In this document: positions 62,231 through 64,000 of the stretch, in pieces
Position numbering within the stretch: position 1 is the first letter of the stretch
Layout: every line of letters starts with the position of its first letter
Origin: Balamuthia mandrillaris
Taxonomy: Eukaryota
Assembly (NCBI GenBank): GCA_031835245.2
Contig: JAVKOQ020000028.1
Location: forward strand, 248,001 to 312,000
Length of the DNA stretch: 64,000 bases
Direction: 5' to 3'
Translations under genes and position numbers: made by a program
Notes under the pieces: model-generated
The model's input: the letters and a program-made list of their open reading frames with translations, nothing else
Database searches by the model: none
What the model was told of the DNA's origin: nothing

Positions 62231-63913
62231 ATGTGGAAGAGGCGCAGCAGGCACGAGGAATGGGAGGACGAAGAAACAGACGAAACGCGTCCGATCCGTC
62301 TGTATGATCTACCGCCCGAGCTGCTCGTCCTGTGCTTTTCCTTCTTGGACAATGGCAGAACGTTGCAGTCGCTCAGCGCCGTGTGCCGCACGTGGAGAGA
62401 TTTAGTCATGGATCCCTCTCTCCAGACGCGCCTTGGTTTTTGCAGCCCTTCCACAGCGCAACGCTTTACTTTCAAGGCACGAGAGCAAGCGTTGGCCGGC
62501 CACGCCGGAGTGGTGTTTTGCATGACGTTATGGCCGCAAGAGGACCTCCTCCTTAGCGGGAGCTACGACGGATCCGTCCGAGCCTGGGATAGAGATGGTT
62601 ACTTTTCTTTTCCTCCTTTCCTTCCCTCCTTCACTTCTTTTTCCTTTCCTCTATCCCTTCTTTCGAAACGATAGTGGTTTATCCTGTGGTTGAACTTTTT
62701 TTTCAACAAAACTCTGAAAGGTAACTTTGTAAAGATGATCAAAGCGACGGGATCTTTTGTGTTCGGTGTGCGCGTATGGAGGAATATAGTCTGCGAGGCT
62801 TGCTATGATGGAAAACTAAGACTGTGGAAGGACGACCAAGTGGTGAAAGAGCTGTCAGGCCATAGGTTTGAAGACCCATTTTTCTTGCCCTTTGAACGAG
62901 GCAGAAAGAAGAAGAATTGTTATATTCATTTCATTAACCTTCTCAACCAAACACCAAACAGCAACGGGCTATATTCAGTTGTGGTGTGGAAGGATAAGCT
63001 CTGCACATCCAGCTTTGATAGGACAATTCGACTCTGGGACCCAGAAAAAGGGACTTGCTTGCAAGTATTTGAGGGCCACACAAACAACGTCCAGGCTATC
63101 ATTGGCTGGGGAGGTAAGAGCAAAGAAGCAAAGAGAGAAAAAAAGTGAATGTAATGACAGAAAGGCAAAAAGGAGGGTGAGAGTAACGAGTGAAATGAAG
63201 ATACTAACAATTTGTTATCTGCATGAATGGAATAGATCTGCTGTGGAGTGGCAGTTGGGATTGCTCCTTAAGGGCGTGGGATTCTGATGGAAAGCAAGTT
63301 CACAATCTATCAGCTGGAAGTACCATACGCAGTTTAGAGGTTTGGAATGACCGTATTTATTCGGGTAACCTTGTCGTTGATCCTCCTTCTTTCATCACTT
63401 TATTCACTCACTCTCTCTCTCTCTCTCTCTTTGCCTTCAAATCAAACAGGAATGGCAACAGGGGAGATAAAGGAATGGGACAAAGAAGGAAGGCTGCGTG
63501 CCGTTATGAGTGGACACAAAGGCGAGGTCCATTGCCTCAAAGCATGGAATGGGCTTCTTATATCTGGTGATTGGAAAGGGTATTTGCGAGCGTGGGATTG
63601 TACTGGTCGATGCGTGGCTGAAACGCAGGCACACACCAACGTAGTCACCAGCCTTGAAGTTTGGAATAATGCTCTCTATACGGCGAGTTATGATAAGCTG
63701 ATCAAAGTGTGGGATTGGGGCTTGATTGAGGAAGAGCTGTTGTATGACAGTGGAACCAGGCAGTCCATCGAGTACTCTATTTCTAGGCATCCTCTGCCAA
63801 AGGACATCACCAAAACGAAGAAGGTGGAAAAAGCGAAAGAGGAGAAACAGAGGGATGTGAAAGAAGAAGCGTCTGTAGCAGAAACTTCGGACAAACGCTG
63901 CTTACTGTCTTGA
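62231..63913 (+). CDS. F-box/WD40-repeat protein with C-terminal CaaX (multi-exon)
   Basis: F-box LYDLPPELLVLCFSFLD..LSAVCRTWR. WD repeats LAGHAG..SGSYDGSVRAWD, SFDRTIRLWD, SGSWDCSLRAWD and TASYDKLIKVWD. Ends KRCLLS*. Confidence 0.9.
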
Positions 63914-64000
63914 AAATTGCACGAAAAATTATAACATTATTCAAGAAGAACACAAGCCTTGCGCTTGACTTCTGCCTTTTCTTTGAACTTTGCCTTCGAA

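Noticed and set aside
1..64000. tRNA/rRNA genes
   Set aside because: No cloverleaf or rRNA signature recognised by eye. tRNAscan-SE or Infernal would be needed to exclude them.

Overview
Gene-dense eukaryotic DNA with short GT-AG introns packed with (CT)n/(AAG)n microsatellites. The gene content and style suggest a free-living amoebozoan protist such as Balamuthia (inference only). About 16 protein-coding loci can be supported. In order: two tandem F-box/degenerate Rho-like genes, one fused in frame to a CYRI/FAM49-like domain; an intronless pair made of an SH3-like + 2x DUF5664-like + HisC-family aminotransferase fusion and a Fic gene frameshifted inside its catalytic motif; a 16 kb LYST/LvsB-like BEACH gene; a stand-alone RNase III; a BTB protein; a 5xPH-RhoGAP gene interrupted by a MULE/Mutator transposon whose TIRs carry in-phase splice sites; a small membrane protein; a PB1 + 3x FixL-type heme-PAS protein; HAUS6; an NT-C2 tail-anchored coiled-coil protein; Arc1p/AIMP1; a small orphan; an ankyrin-TKL kinase; and an F-box/WD40 protein ending in CaaX. 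No rRNA, tRNA or CRISPR array was recognised. All domain calls come from motif recognition by eye, not database searches, and multi-exon gene coordinates are spans with approximate exon boundaries.
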